A stretch of DNA of 64,000 nt. Source: an uncultured Gammaproteobacteria bacterium. Lineage in GTDB: Bacteria > Patescibacteriota > Microgenomatia > Levybacterales > UBA12049. Shown piece by piece: positions 26,697 to 35,775 of the stretch. The notes beneath the pieces are model-generated. The model did not search any database. It saw nothing but the letters and a program-made list of their open reading frames with translations, and was not told the origin of the DNA. The stretch lies in contig CAZDOJ010000002.1 of assembly GCA_964507055.1 (NCBI GenBank), positions 687-64,686 on the forward strand, in the 5' to 3' direction. The translations under genes were made by a program, and so were the position numbers. Position 1 is the first letter of the stretch; each line of letters begins with the position of its first letter.

Positions 26697-27971
26697 ATGG
26701 CTCAGCTTGACATATACTTTATAAGGTATATAAAAGATAGTGTAGTAGTTTTTTTTGAGGCTACAACGAAGTTATTTTCGTTAAAGGAGGTTTTATCAGC
26801 ATTTATGCAGTCTGTCCAAGAAGCTGATTCTGAAGAGGAATCCGCTCAAATAACAACTAGTAAGCAATCATTTTCTTTTGATACAGTCATCGTTTTTGGC
26901 CAAGGACCAGTAAAGCCGGTCCTGCTCGAAAATGAGTTAACTCCAAAACAACTTCAAAAATGGCAGGCATATAAAAATGATCCTACCCATGCTCCCGAAC
27001 CTGAATTCTGGCTTATGCAGCAACCAAGAAGTCTTGCAGAAATTGAGAAAATTTATGCTGACAAATACCTAACCACCGATCAAAAATCCCAACAAGTCGA
27101 ACTTATCCGTCAACGATGGCAGCGTACCGGTTGGTTTGCAATGAAGCATTGGTGTCGACAAAATGCTCTCGCAGCAGGTTTAGCTCTTTATAAAGGTATG
27201 GCAAGACGCATAATTCTCTCTGGTGGAAAAACAATAAGAAAGGATTTCAAAGCAAAATTGCCTCCTGAACGAATCGTACATTGGCCTTCTGAAGCTCAAT
27301 TAATGGCAGAGGTTATCCGATCTACATATGGGGATTTATATCTAAAGAAGTATGGGCAAAGTATTGACGAGAAAATTCTCATCGAAGATGCTTCAACAAA
27401 TACGCTTGAGAATTTTGCATGTACAGTAAATAAGTATCCTGAACTGCTCAATGTAGAACGCAAAGTTGGATTTCTAGCTGTGGAGCATCACTTAGATCGT
27501 GTCGCGATGTTTGGAAAATTATTCTCTATTCAAGGTGATAAGCTCTGTGCTCAAAAGATGCTAAAATCGATGTCGATTGATTCTGAGATTAGTACACAAG
27601 AAACAAAAACATATATCCAAGAAGCTGATAAATTTGTTGAAGATGTTGAGATAGTAAGCCAAGAAAAACGATGGAGAAAGGGAATTCAAGAACCAGAATA
27701 TGTGAAATACTGGCTTGGTTATGTAGCTTTGGTGAAGCATCCAAAGATTATGCATAATGTAATGAAGCGGTTGCAAACGCCTGACTGGCTGAACCATGCA
27801 GATAAAGCATTTACAGAAGTTGGACTTGATATGAAGGATTATAAAGAGAAGGATTTAGAAGAGCTCGCAAAGACTGATGCAGTTAAATTTAATTACTTAA
27901 TGCAAAAACTTCAGGAACTTCGAAAACCTGAATATAGAATTCTTCCTCCACAATTAAATACAGAACAATAA
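26697..27971 (+). CDS. DUF218 (YdcF/SanA-like) domain protein.
   Basis: RIILSGGKT plus DASTNTLENF, matching DUF218 conserved blocks. Confidence 0.45.
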   Translation: MAQLDIYFIRYIKDSVVVFFEATTKLFSLKEVLSAFMQSVQEADSEEESAQITTSKQSFSFDTVIVFGQGPVKPVLLENELTPKQLQKWQAYKNDPTHAPEPEFWLMQQPRSLAEIEKIYADKYLTTDQKSQQVELIRQRWQRTGWFAMKHWCRQNALAAGLALYKGMARRIILSGGKTIRKDFKAKLPPERIVHWPSEAQLMAEVIRSTYGDLYLKKYGQSIDEKILIEDASTNTLENFACTVNKYPELLNVERKVGFLAVEHHLDRVAMFGKLFSIQGDKLCAQKMLKSMSIDSEISTQETKTYIQEADKFVEDVEIVSQEKRWRKGIQEPEYVKYWLGYVALVKHPKIMHNVMKRLQTPDWLNHADKAFTEVGLDMKDYKEKDLEELAKTDAVKFNYLMQKLQELRKPEYRILPPQLNTEQ

Positions 27972-28017
27972 TAGTTTCCTCATTGACACAGGCACGGAAC
28001 TGCATTAAACTCATCGT

Positions 28018-29073
28018 ATGACTGAGACAAAAAAGTCCGCTAAACCAACCAAAAGAAAAACCACAGCTTCTGCCTCTAAAACAAGTACTGTAAAAACTAC
28101 TAAAAGAACAACAAAATCTAATTCTCGAACTACCACAAGAAAAAGTTCAAAGCCCGTTCAAACAGAAACAGTCGTCACGGTTTCAAAAAGTCAGAAAACA
28201 CTGACACCTTTCAAGGAACATTTACAAAATACTTGGACGCTTTTTAAGGCAAGTTTTACATCGTATTTAAAAATACTTGGAGTAGGAATTCTTTTGCTGA
28301 TAGGTTTGGGAATTGCTGGAGTATTATTGGGACTACCGCTTATTTTCACCGGATCAACAGATATTTTTAGATCACCATCGCCAGTACAGATTATTTCAGG
28401 AATTGTATTTATTCTTTATGGGCTAGCTGCATTAGTCGTTTCATATATATTCTTTTTGCTGATGCCAATTGCAAGTATTTTCATCCTTGATAGTGAAAAG
28501 AAGCTTGATCTTAAGTCACTTTTTGATAAGAGTGTGCCTTTCTTATTACCATTTTTTATTGTAAGTTTACTCGTCGGATTTCTTGTAACTGGCGGTTGGA
28601 TTGTATTTGTTTTGCCTGGAATACTTTTTGGTTTATTGTTTAGTTTTGTCGCATATGTTGTTATTCTTGAAGGCAAAAGGGGGAGGAGTGCACTTAAGCG
28701 AAGTTATGCACTTGTAAAGTCTCACTTCCGGGAAGTAATTCTTCGTTTACTTGCTTTACAAATAACTGTGTTCTTTATCTCATATATCTTTGATGATCTC
28801 TCTGAAGAAGCTGATATCTTCTCCTTACTTTCATTCATTTTTTCAGTACTAGCTGGATGGTTTTCTCAAGTTTATGTATATCTTCTTTACAGAGATCTCA
28901 AAGCAATATCTCCTGCAAGTTCGGTGGTTTCGTTAAAATGGATATGGATAGTTTCTCTCATTGGATGGGTATTAATACTTGCTGTCGTTATCGCTGCAGC
29001 TGTTGGCGTTATGCATCTTCCTTCATGGCAAGATAGTCTTGAAATGATGGTGCCTCCTCCTGATAGTGCTTAA
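28018..29073 (+). CDS. Hypothetical multi-pass membrane protein with a Lys/Thr-rich N-terminal tail.
   Basis: KTTKRTTKSNSRTTTRKSSK low-complexity N-terminus, followed by several TM helices. Confidence 0.4.
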   Translation: MTETKKSAKPTKRKTTASASKTSTVKTTKRTTKSNSRTTTRKSSKPVQTETVVTVSKSQKTLTPFKEHLQNTWTLFKASFTSYLKILGVGILLLIGLGIAGVLLGLPLIFTGSTDIFRSPSPVQIISGIVFILYGLAALVVSYIFFLLMPIASIFILDSEKKLDLKSLFDKSVPFLLPFFIVSLLVGFLVTGGWIVFVLPGILFGLLFSFVAYVVILEGKRGRSALKRSYALVKSHFREVILRLLALQITVFFISYIFDDLSEEADIFSLLSFIFSVLAGWFSQVYVYLLYRDLKAISPASSVVSLKWIWIVSLIGWVLILAVVIAAAVGVMHLPSWQDSLEMMVPPPDSA

Positions 29074-29076
29074 TTA

Positions 29077-30492
29077 TTGACTCCGCACCATCGCTTCATT
29101 ACGATTAGGTTAATGGTAAATTCACACCGCTTTTTATTTTTGATTTCATTTATAGTGTTTTCTATTGTTTTTGCTTCTATAATCCCCAAAACTTATGCAG
29201 CAAATACACAATTGTCTGTTACTGTTTTTCTTCATGGGATAGGCAAAGGAGGAGATAGTGCCAATGCAAATAGTGGTGGGAATACTTCTCCCAAGAGTCA
29301 GCAAAAAGATGTATCAATTGGAGTATTTAATGCTCAGAATGTTTTAGTTTCAAGCAGCCGAGTTACAGCGACGTACTCTGCAACAGATGGTAATTATAAA
29401 GCCACGGTAGATTTAGGATCACTTGCATCAGGTTCGTACAATGTAGCAATACGCAGTGATAAGTATTTACAAAAGACTGCTGCTGGTATTCAGAACATTA
29501 CGTCAGGTAAGTCCAACACAATTGCTCCAGTTCGTTTAATAGCTGGAGATATCCTCATCGACAATATGATCAATATTCAGGATTTTAATATGCTGATGAA
29601 CTGTTATGCAGATTTAACTCCAGCAAAGGCTTGTACAACTGCCCAAAGCTCTCTGGCGGATTTAACTGATGATGGAAATGTAAATCAGTTAGATTACAAT
29701 TTATTCATTCGGGAGATAGGTAATAGAAGTGGTGAAGCAAATCCTACCAGCACTATTACATCTGCTCCAACAGTTAATCCTACAACGACAAAGTCTCCAA
29801 CTCCAAATCCATCTGGAAGTAATGCTTCTCTCCCTGCTCAAATACTAAATTTGACTAATTGGAAACTTCAGCTTCCGTCAGGTCAAGCAGAAAGTCCGAC
29901 GGAGATCAAACAGCCCGCACTTGCTACATATAAAAATGATCCATATTTTGTAACGTCAAATGGAGGTGTTCGATTTCGTGCTCCTGTTAATGGGGTAACG
30001 ACAAGTGGTTCTGATTATCCTCGTTCTGAACTCCGTGAGATGACCAGTAACGGTACAGCTCAAGCGAGTTGGTCTACTTCTTCAGGAACGCATACAATGC
30101 TTCTCGATGAGGCAATCACAGCGGTTCCTGTAACAAAGAAACATGTAGTCGCGGGGCAAATACATGATGGTGAGAATGATGTCATTGTTATTCGTTTGGA
30201 AATGCCAAAGTTGTTTATCGATATTGGGGGAACTGCTGGCCCGACACTTGATACAAATTATACTTTGGGTAAGCGATTTACAGTTAAGTTTGAGGTTACA
30301 GGTGGCAAAACAAATATTTATTACAATGGCAGTACAACTCCTACTTATACGATGGCAAATAATTATGCAAATGCATATTTTAAGGCTGGTGCATATACGC
30401 AATCTAATTGTACGAAGGAACCTTCAAATTTATGTAATGCGAATAACTTTGGTGAAGTAATTATTTACAAGACTGAAGTGGTACACAAATAG
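29077..30492 (+). CDS. Secreted polysaccharide lyase family 7 (alginate-lyase-2 fold) protein with a dockerin-like Ca-binding repeat and a Thr/Pro linker.
   Basis: PL7 blocks: NWKLQLPSG, YPRSELREM, GQIHDGEND, YFKAGAYTQSN. Dockerin-like segment DLTDDGNVNQLDYNLFI. Confidence 0.65.
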   Translation: MTPHHRFITIRLMVNSHRFLFLISFIVFSIVFASIIPKTYAANTQLSVTVFLHGIGKGGDSANANSGGNTSPKSQQKDVSIGVFNAQNVLVSSSRVTATYSATDGNYKATVDLGSLASGSYNVAIRSDKYLQKTAAGIQNITSGKSNTIAPVRLIAGDILIDNMINIQDFNMLMNCYADLTPAKACTTAQSSLADLTDDGNVNQLDYNLFIREIGNRSGEANPTSTITSAPTVNPTTTKSPTPNPSGSNASLPAQILNLTNWKLQLPSGQAESPTEIKQPALATYKNDPYFVTSNGGVRFRAPVNGVTTSGSDYPRSELREMTSNGTAQASWSTSSGTHTMLLDEAITAVPVTKKHVVAGQIHDGENDVIVIRLEMPKLFIDIGGTAGPTLDTNYTLGKRFTVKFEVTGGKTNIYYNGSTTPTYTMANNYANAYFKAGAYTQSNCTKEPSNLCNANNFGEVIIYKTEVVHK

Positions 30493-30515
30493 GATTTTAA
30501 GTTACGTTAGGTAGG

Positions 30516-30725
30516 TTATTCAGTCTTTGCCTGAATTCCGAGGAGCCAAAGAACGGCTTCTTTCTTGTATCGACGATCACCACGTGAATTGATGCGGATT
30601 GCAGGGAGTTTACCTCTTTTACCCCAGCGTTTGATAGTCAATGGAGATACTCGTAATACTTCAGCAACTTCACGGACAGTGAGTAAATCAGGTAATGATT
30701 CAATAGTGAGTTTCTGGTTGGTCAT
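30516..30725 (-). CDS. Excisionase/MerR-type helix-turn-helix DNA-binding protein (69 aa).
   Basis: LTVREVAEVLRVSPLTIKRWGKRGKLPAIRI, an HTH_17/excisionase-family signature. Confidence 0.6.
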   Translation of the reverse strand: MTNQKLTIESLPDLLTVREVAEVLRVSPLTIKRWGKRGKLPAIRINSRGDRRYKKEAVLWLLGIQAKTE

Positions 30726-30840
30726 AGATGCAGTATGACTATATTGATTAACATCAATTTAGTCTCTATCTATATATACTGTAACAATCTGTAACAAGGT
30801 TGTCAATACTGAAGTTTATACCGTAATTCTAAGGGAAAAA

Positions 30841-32691
30841 TTATCGACAAGCCATCTCTTTTTCATCGTAGGTAGTTTGGCAGCCTTTATCTCGAACACA
30901 TTGGTTGAATAAATCGCCACTTCTGCCATTTCGACAGAAGTTATAACATGCTTGACTCTCTATAACGACTGGTTCCATACATGCACCGTAGGTATTTTTA
31001 TAACCTTTTTGTTTGGCCAAACAATCAAAGTCGCTCTTTTTATTCAAATCTCCAATACTACATGCTGGCTCAGGATCTGCAGGTGCAGGATTTACTGGTG
31101 CTGGATCCGCAGGGGCTGGATTATTTCCTTTGCAAACGCCTGCTGAAATTTCAGCTGGAGTACAGTCATTTGGATTAGTTTGTCTATCTGCTGGTGCTTT
31201 ATAGTTTGGCGGATAAATCTTATTGGTATCTCGAGGAATCTCTGACTCTCCTGGAAGAGGTTTTTTGCCCGCAGGAACCTGGCTTGGTTGGCAGTAACCA
31301 AATTTTTCTACAGTATCTTTTGCACATGGAACTCCGAATTTATTTCGATACTGTGCATTATCTCTTGTCGCAGGAGCTGAATGATAGACAAAACATCCTG
31401 GTTGGCAACATCCATTAATAAGAGGGAAGTCACTTGCACAGCATTGGCCACTTTCGTTTGCACGATGTGATGGGCAGGATGGTTTGTATCCTATTGAGCT
31501 TCGTGGGTCAACACCTGGTGCAGCTGGCTTTGGAGGGAATGGATTTGTCTTTGGCTTAGCAGGGGATGGTGCTTTACACAATCCACTTGGAGGATTTACT
31601 GAAAGATCTACATATCCACTACAACATCCAGCCACATTATCTCCACTTTGACCATTTGGGATACATGCTTCTGCTTTGACTCCTGCATCATTTTGAGCCC
31701 CAATTGCATTGGCAACAATTTTTGCTCCAGCCACAGAAGGCTCATTGGTACTTGCCATATATTTAGCCGGTTGCGGGAATACTTGTTTGCCATCCTTATC
31801 AAACCACAACATTTCTACCGGACAGATCTTTGCACCAATGGCTCGCTTACAAAAATCTTTACAAGCATCACTATCAGGGGATGCTTTACAGAGTTGCTCG
31901 AGAATATCTTGTTCCTTTTGATCTAAAACAATATACTCATCACATTGTTGGTTTTCGCGTGCTTCACCAAGAACTGGACCAGAACATTGTCCGCCTTTAA
32001 ATATTTCACAATACTGACGACTCGTACAAAGAATATTCTTAGGATCTTTACTACAAAGTGCCTGGATATTGCTTTTGTCATTTGCGGTAAGAGTTTTTAC
32101 GCGGAGAGCTGTGCAGGCTGAACTTACGCGAACATTTGTGGCTTCTGTAATAGGGAGAGGTTGGCCATCGGTATTTGTGATGCCCGGTCCTACAACCCAA
32201 CCTTCACTTGGATCACCAGATTTGAACATATACGATGATTCTTTGCTGGTAAGGGTATCACCAGGATTAAGCGTCTTAGCTCCTTCCAATGGTTCAAAAG
32301 TTGCGATGTAATACTTTTTAAGTGACCCTGCAGCTATACCGTAATTTGCTATGTTAATTGGTAAATCTCCAATATTTTTATAGGTAAATGATCCTGAGAG
32401 GGTATCATTATAATAAATATTTTGCCCTACAAATTTTTGTCCATTCACCTTTATCAAACTTGCACCTTCTTGTCCCATACGGGTCCCACACAGTGTTGGA
32501 TCTGCTTCTCCTGTATGTAGACAACCAAAAATCGGGGGAGCATTAAATCCCTCTGCAAATTGCATGATACGCTGTGGCTGGAGGAGCGTAAAGACAGTCA
32601 ATGCCAGAATCGGCAACATGACGAAAAAGAAAAGCAAATTTCTTTTTTTATTCTTTACTTGTCTTGTATTCTTTTTTCTTAATTTAGCCAT
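30841..32691 (-). CDS. Secreted or membrane-anchored Cys-rich protein with a Pro/Ala repeat tract.
   Basis: N-terminal signal anchor. More than 40 Cys. PAPADPAPVNPAPADPEPA repeat. Confidence 0.4.
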   Translation of the reverse strand: MAKLRKKNTRQVKNKKRNLLFFFVMLPILALTVFTLLQPQRIMQFAEGFNAPPIFGCLHTGEADPTLCGTRMGQEGASLIKVNGQKFVGQNIYYNDTLSGSFTYKNIGDLPINIANYGIAAGSLKKYYIATFEPLEGAKTLNPGDTLTSKESSYMFKSGDPSEGWVVGPGITNTDGQPLPITEATNVRVSSACTALRVKTLTANDKSNIQALCSKDPKNILCTSRQYCEIFKGGQCSGPVLGEARENQQCDEYIVLDQKEQDILEQLCKASPDSDACKDFCKRAIGAKICPVEMLWFDKDGKQVFPQPAKYMASTNEPSVAGAKIVANAIGAQNDAGVKAEACIPNGQSGDNVAGCCSGYVDLSVNPPSGLCKAPSPAKPKTNPFPPKPAAPGVDPRSSIGYKPSCPSHRANESGQCCASDFPLINGCCQPGCFVYHSAPATRDNAQYRNKFGVPCAKDTVEKFGYCQPSQVPAGKKPLPGESEIPRDTNKIYPPNYKAPADRQTNPNDCTPAEISAGVCKGNNPAPADPAPVNPAPADPEPACSIGDLNKKSDFDCLAKQKGYKNTYGACMEPVVIESQACYNFCRNGRSGDLFNQCVRDKGCQTTYDEKEMACR

Positions 32692-32693
32692 AG

Positions 32694-33254
32694 CTACTGC
32701 AACATAGATGTTGGTATTAATGCATTGGTCATAATATGGATTACTCCGTTTTTGGTGTCTATATCATAAGTCTCAAAGTACGAATATCCATTGATGTTCC
32801 AATAGCCATTTGTTTTATTAAAGACTAATTTATCGCCTTGTATTGTTGTAAGTTCTAAGCCTTCTTTCAGGTCAGAAAAGTGATATTCGCCTTTAACAAT
32901 ATGAAACAAAAGGAACTCGCGTAATAAACCCTCTTGGTTTGGGTCACGAAGTCTTCCTGTTAAATCAGTAGAAAGCTTTCCAAAAGCCTGATCAGATGGA
33001 ACAAATACTGTATATGGTCCATTCTGATGAAGGAACGTATCAAAACCAGCAAGTCGTATAAGTGTATTAAATTGACGGGTTTTTTCGGAATAGGTTAAGT
33101 TGTCAGCGATATCGGATGAAGGACGCATTTGAATGCCATCGTATTCAATGATTGAGGTATTATGGTAAATCCAAATAAGTGCAGCAGGGATGAGTATCGC
33201 TAAAAGAATAACGATTATATAGACTGGTTTCTTTTTTACCTTTACTGTCATCAC
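32694..33254 (-). CDS. Fasciclin (FAS1) domain protein, membrane-anchored.
   Basis: GPYTVFVPSDQAFGKL and NGVIHIMTNALIP FAS1 motifs. Confidence 0.7.
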   Translation of the reverse strand: MMTVKVKKKPVYIIVILLAILIPAALIWIYHNTSIIEYDGIQMRPSSDIADNLTYSEKTRQFNTLIRLAGFDTFLHQNGPYTVFVPSDQAFGKLSTDLTGRLRDPNQEGLLREFLLFHIVKGEYHFSDLKEGLELTTIQGDKLVFNKTNGYWNINGYSYFETYDIDTKNGVIHIMTNALIPTSMLQ

Positions 33255-33315
33255 TTTATCTTATCTTAAGAAAAATAGAGAGTCAACGAGCTTCACCATA
33301 GTTGTGACCAATCCA

Positions 33316-33948
33316 TTATGGAGTTGGTTGGGCTGATGTTACTGCTGCCGTTGGGAAAGTCGTTGGAATACTGGTCGGAGATTTGTAGTTCGGTGGCATG
33401 ATCCCTGCTGTAGGTGCAGCTGTTGGAGCACCTGTCGGTACACCTGTAGGCGTACAAAATCCACCAATGACGAGCATTATATCCTTTGCACAACTGACCT
33501 TAAAGGCGTTCTTAAAGGGGGAGTTCTCACGAGTGAGGGGAGTTTGAATATATTTCGGTGTAGGTGTAGGCATATTAACTGGTCCTGAAGTGATTTTTCG
33601 GGCAGGAGCTTTTGTTGGAACTGGTGCTTTTGCAGCAGGGGCAAGATTAATAACGGGATTTGCTGGGGCCGCCGGTCCGGGTGCTCCTCCAGCACAATAA
33701 CCAGCACGGCCCGCTCCGTATGGAACACATGGTCCTGTCCCAACACATTGGTTATTTCCAGCCATATCACATCCTTGAGCCACGACTCTATTTACCTCTA
33801 GAGCATCTTTCTCTGCAGCAAACTGTCGTAGTATTTGTGATTGACTCAATGTAAATATAGTCAAGGCCAGAATAGGCAACATAATAAAAAAGAAAAGTAT
33901 ATTTTCTTTTTGTCTTTTAATAGTCTTTTTCTTTTTTATTTTGGCCAT
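33316..33948 (-). CDS. Secreted Pro/Ala/Thr-rich protein. Its N-terminal ~50 aa are paralogous to 30841-32691.
   Basis: The leader MAKIKKKKTIKRQKENILFFFIMLPILALTIFTL aligns with MAKLRKKNTRQVKNKKRNLLFFFVMLPILALTVFTL. Confidence 0.4.
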   Translation of the reverse strand: MAKIKKKKTIKRQKENILFFFIMLPILALTIFTLSQSQILRQFAAEKDALEVNRVVAQGCDMAGNNQCVGTGPCVPYGAGRAGYCAGGAPGPAAPANPVINLAPAAKAPVPTKAPARKITSGPVNMPTPTPKYIQTPLTRENSPFKNAFKVSCAKDIMLVIGGFCTPTGVPTGAPTAAPTAGIMPPNYKSPTSIPTTFPTAAVTSAQPTP

Positions 33949-33949
33949 A

Positions 33950-34501
33950 TTATTTAAGTTGACTTGGAGGTTTCATGAAGCTGGTAACTGTATGAATTAC
34001 ACCATTTTTACTTTCGACATTGTAAGTTTCAATGTATGAATAGCCGTTAATTATCCAATAATCTTTTGCTTTATTAAATTTGAGTTTCTCACCTTGGATA
34101 GTGGTTAATTCCATTCCATTTGTAATATCTTCAGCAAGATATCGTCCTCGAACTATATGATAGAGAAGCATTTGTCTGAGTGTTCCTTCTTGATCTGGAA
34201 GTTTCAAAGACTCGGTAAATTCATCAGAAAGGTTATTATACGCAGTATTTGTTGGTGCAAAGACTGTAAACGGACCAGGTTCATGAAGAATATCATCATA
34301 GCCAACTGATTCTAAAAGCGAGCCAAAACGATTTGTTTCTGGAGAATAGGAGAGGTTATCTGCAATATCCATAGAGGGACGCATATGCAGACCTTCATAT
34401 TCAATGGTCGATGGATTTGCATAAATAGTATATGCACCTACAGGAATAAAAATGAGAGGTAAAAGAATGATGATAATGAGTATTTTTGTTCGTAATTTCA
34501 T
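33950..34501 (-). CDS. Fasciclin (FAS1) domain protein, membrane-anchored. Paralog of 32694-33254.
   Basis: GPFTVFAPTNTAYNNL and NGVIHTVTSFMKPP. Confidence 0.7.
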   Translation of the reverse strand: MKLRTKILIIIILLPLIFIPVGAYTIYANPSTIEYEGLHMRPSMDIADNLSYSPETNRFGSLLESVGYDDILHEPGPFTVFAPTNTAYNNLSDEFTESLKLPDQEGTLRQMLLYHIVRGRYLAEDITNGMELTTIQGEKLKFNKAKDYWIINGYSYIETYNVESKNGVIHTVTSFMKPPSQLK

Positions 34502-34630
34502 ATATTCATATTAAGAATATATGAAGCAAAACACTGCTGTCAAATACATACAAAAATAGTATCTAGTATTACATTTCTTTCTGAGAAATAAATATAACAA
34601 CTAGATACTATTTCGTTTAAGACCGAAGTC

Positions 34631-35020
34631 TTATTTCAACTCGACAGTAGCTCCTGCTGCTGTAAGTTTTTCTTTTGCTTCGTCAGCTGTTTTTTTGTTA
34701 ACTTGGTTCAAAACTTCTTTTGGTGCCGCATCAACTAAGTCTTTCGCTTCTTTAAGACCCAATGCTGGGTTTAATTCACGAAGTGCTTTAATAACAGCGA
34801 TCTTTTGAGCTCCTGAGCTCGCAATGATAACGTCGAATGAAGTCTTTTCTTCTGCAGGTTCTGCATCAGCTGAGGCTCCAGCTGCAGGTGCAGCGGCGAC
34901 CATAGTAGCGGCAGCAGAAACTCCGAACTTCTCTTCAAGAGCTTTTACTAAATCTGAAAGCTCGAGAACTGACATCTCTTCAATTGCTTGCATTAATTCG
35001 TCTTTACTTAATTTTGCCAT
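34631..35020 (-). CDS. rplL: 50S ribosomal protein L7/L12.
   Basis: [34 protein letters not shown] ... [24 protein letters not shown]. Confidence 0.9.
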   Translation of the reverse strand: MAKLSKDELMQAIEEMSVLELSDLVKALEEKFGVSAAATMVAAAPAAGASADAEPAEEKTSFDVIIASSGAQKIAVIKALRELNPALGLKEAKDLVDAAPKEVLNQVNKKTADEAKEKLTAAGATVELK

Positions 35021-35069
35021 CTATAATCACCTCCTTTATGTTAGGGGACTAGATACTTGGGATTAAATC

Positions 35070-35618
35070 CTAAGCACTAGCTCCTTTCTTTTCTTTAATT
35101 GCATTAAGTGTCATTACAAAATTTTGGATGTTCCAACTAAGTGCTCGATGCAAACCTTGTACAGGTGCATTCATCTGGCCAAGAAGTCGTGCTCGAAGTA
35201 CTGGCAATGGTGGGAGCGTTGCGATCTTTACAACTTCTTTATCTGTTACGATACTACCTTCAATAAGTCCAAATTTGATTGTTGGAAGTTTGAAATCTTT
35301 GATAGTCTTTGAAAGAAGTTTTAATGGTTCAACGATATCGCCATAGATAAAGAGTGCTGCTGTTGGTTGTGTAAATTTATTTTTTTCAGCTTCTGTATCA
35401 ATTTTATCTGTAAGTGCTCGGAGTAAAAGCGTGTTCTTCGCTGCTACAAATTCTGCATCAACTTTCTTCAAACCCTTTTTCAAACCCTCAAGTTGTTGAT
35501 GAGTAAGACCTTGGTAGTTTGCAAAAACAATACCATTTGCTTTACCGACCTTTTCGATAAGTTCTGCAGCAATTGCTTCTTTTTTTAATCTGTTTTGCGA
35601 TGTATTTACGTCTGCCAT
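35070..35618 (-). CDS. rplJ: 50S ribosomal protein L10.
   Basis: L10-family sequence, located immediately upstream of rplL. Confidence 0.8.
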   Translation of the reverse strand: MADVNTSQNRLKKEAIAAELIEKVGKANGIVFANYQGLTHQQLEGLKKGLKKVDAEFVAAKNTLLLRALTDKIDTEAEKNKFTQPTAALFIYGDIVEPLKLLSKTIKDFKLPTIKFGLIEGSIVTDKEVVKIATLPPLPVLRARLLGQMNAPVQGLHRALSWNIQNFVMTLNAIKEKKGASA

Positions 35619-35775
35619 ATTGATAAAAAAAAGACACTCTCGAGGAGTGCCGTGAAGTTCAAATAAACTAATGTGGCTCCTCGGTTGGGCTTACTTTTAC
35701 GCCAACTGTCTTTGGAATAATTAGTATTATAGCAGGGAAGGGGAAAAGTGTAAAGGGTAGTAAGGTTTTAAATTC

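Noticed and set aside
34502-34630. Inverted repeat agtatctagt…actagatact downstream of rplL, as a possible terminator.
   Set aside because: The stem is AT-rich with a ~30-nt loop and no following T-tract on the transcribed strand. It is not convincing as an intrinsic terminator.
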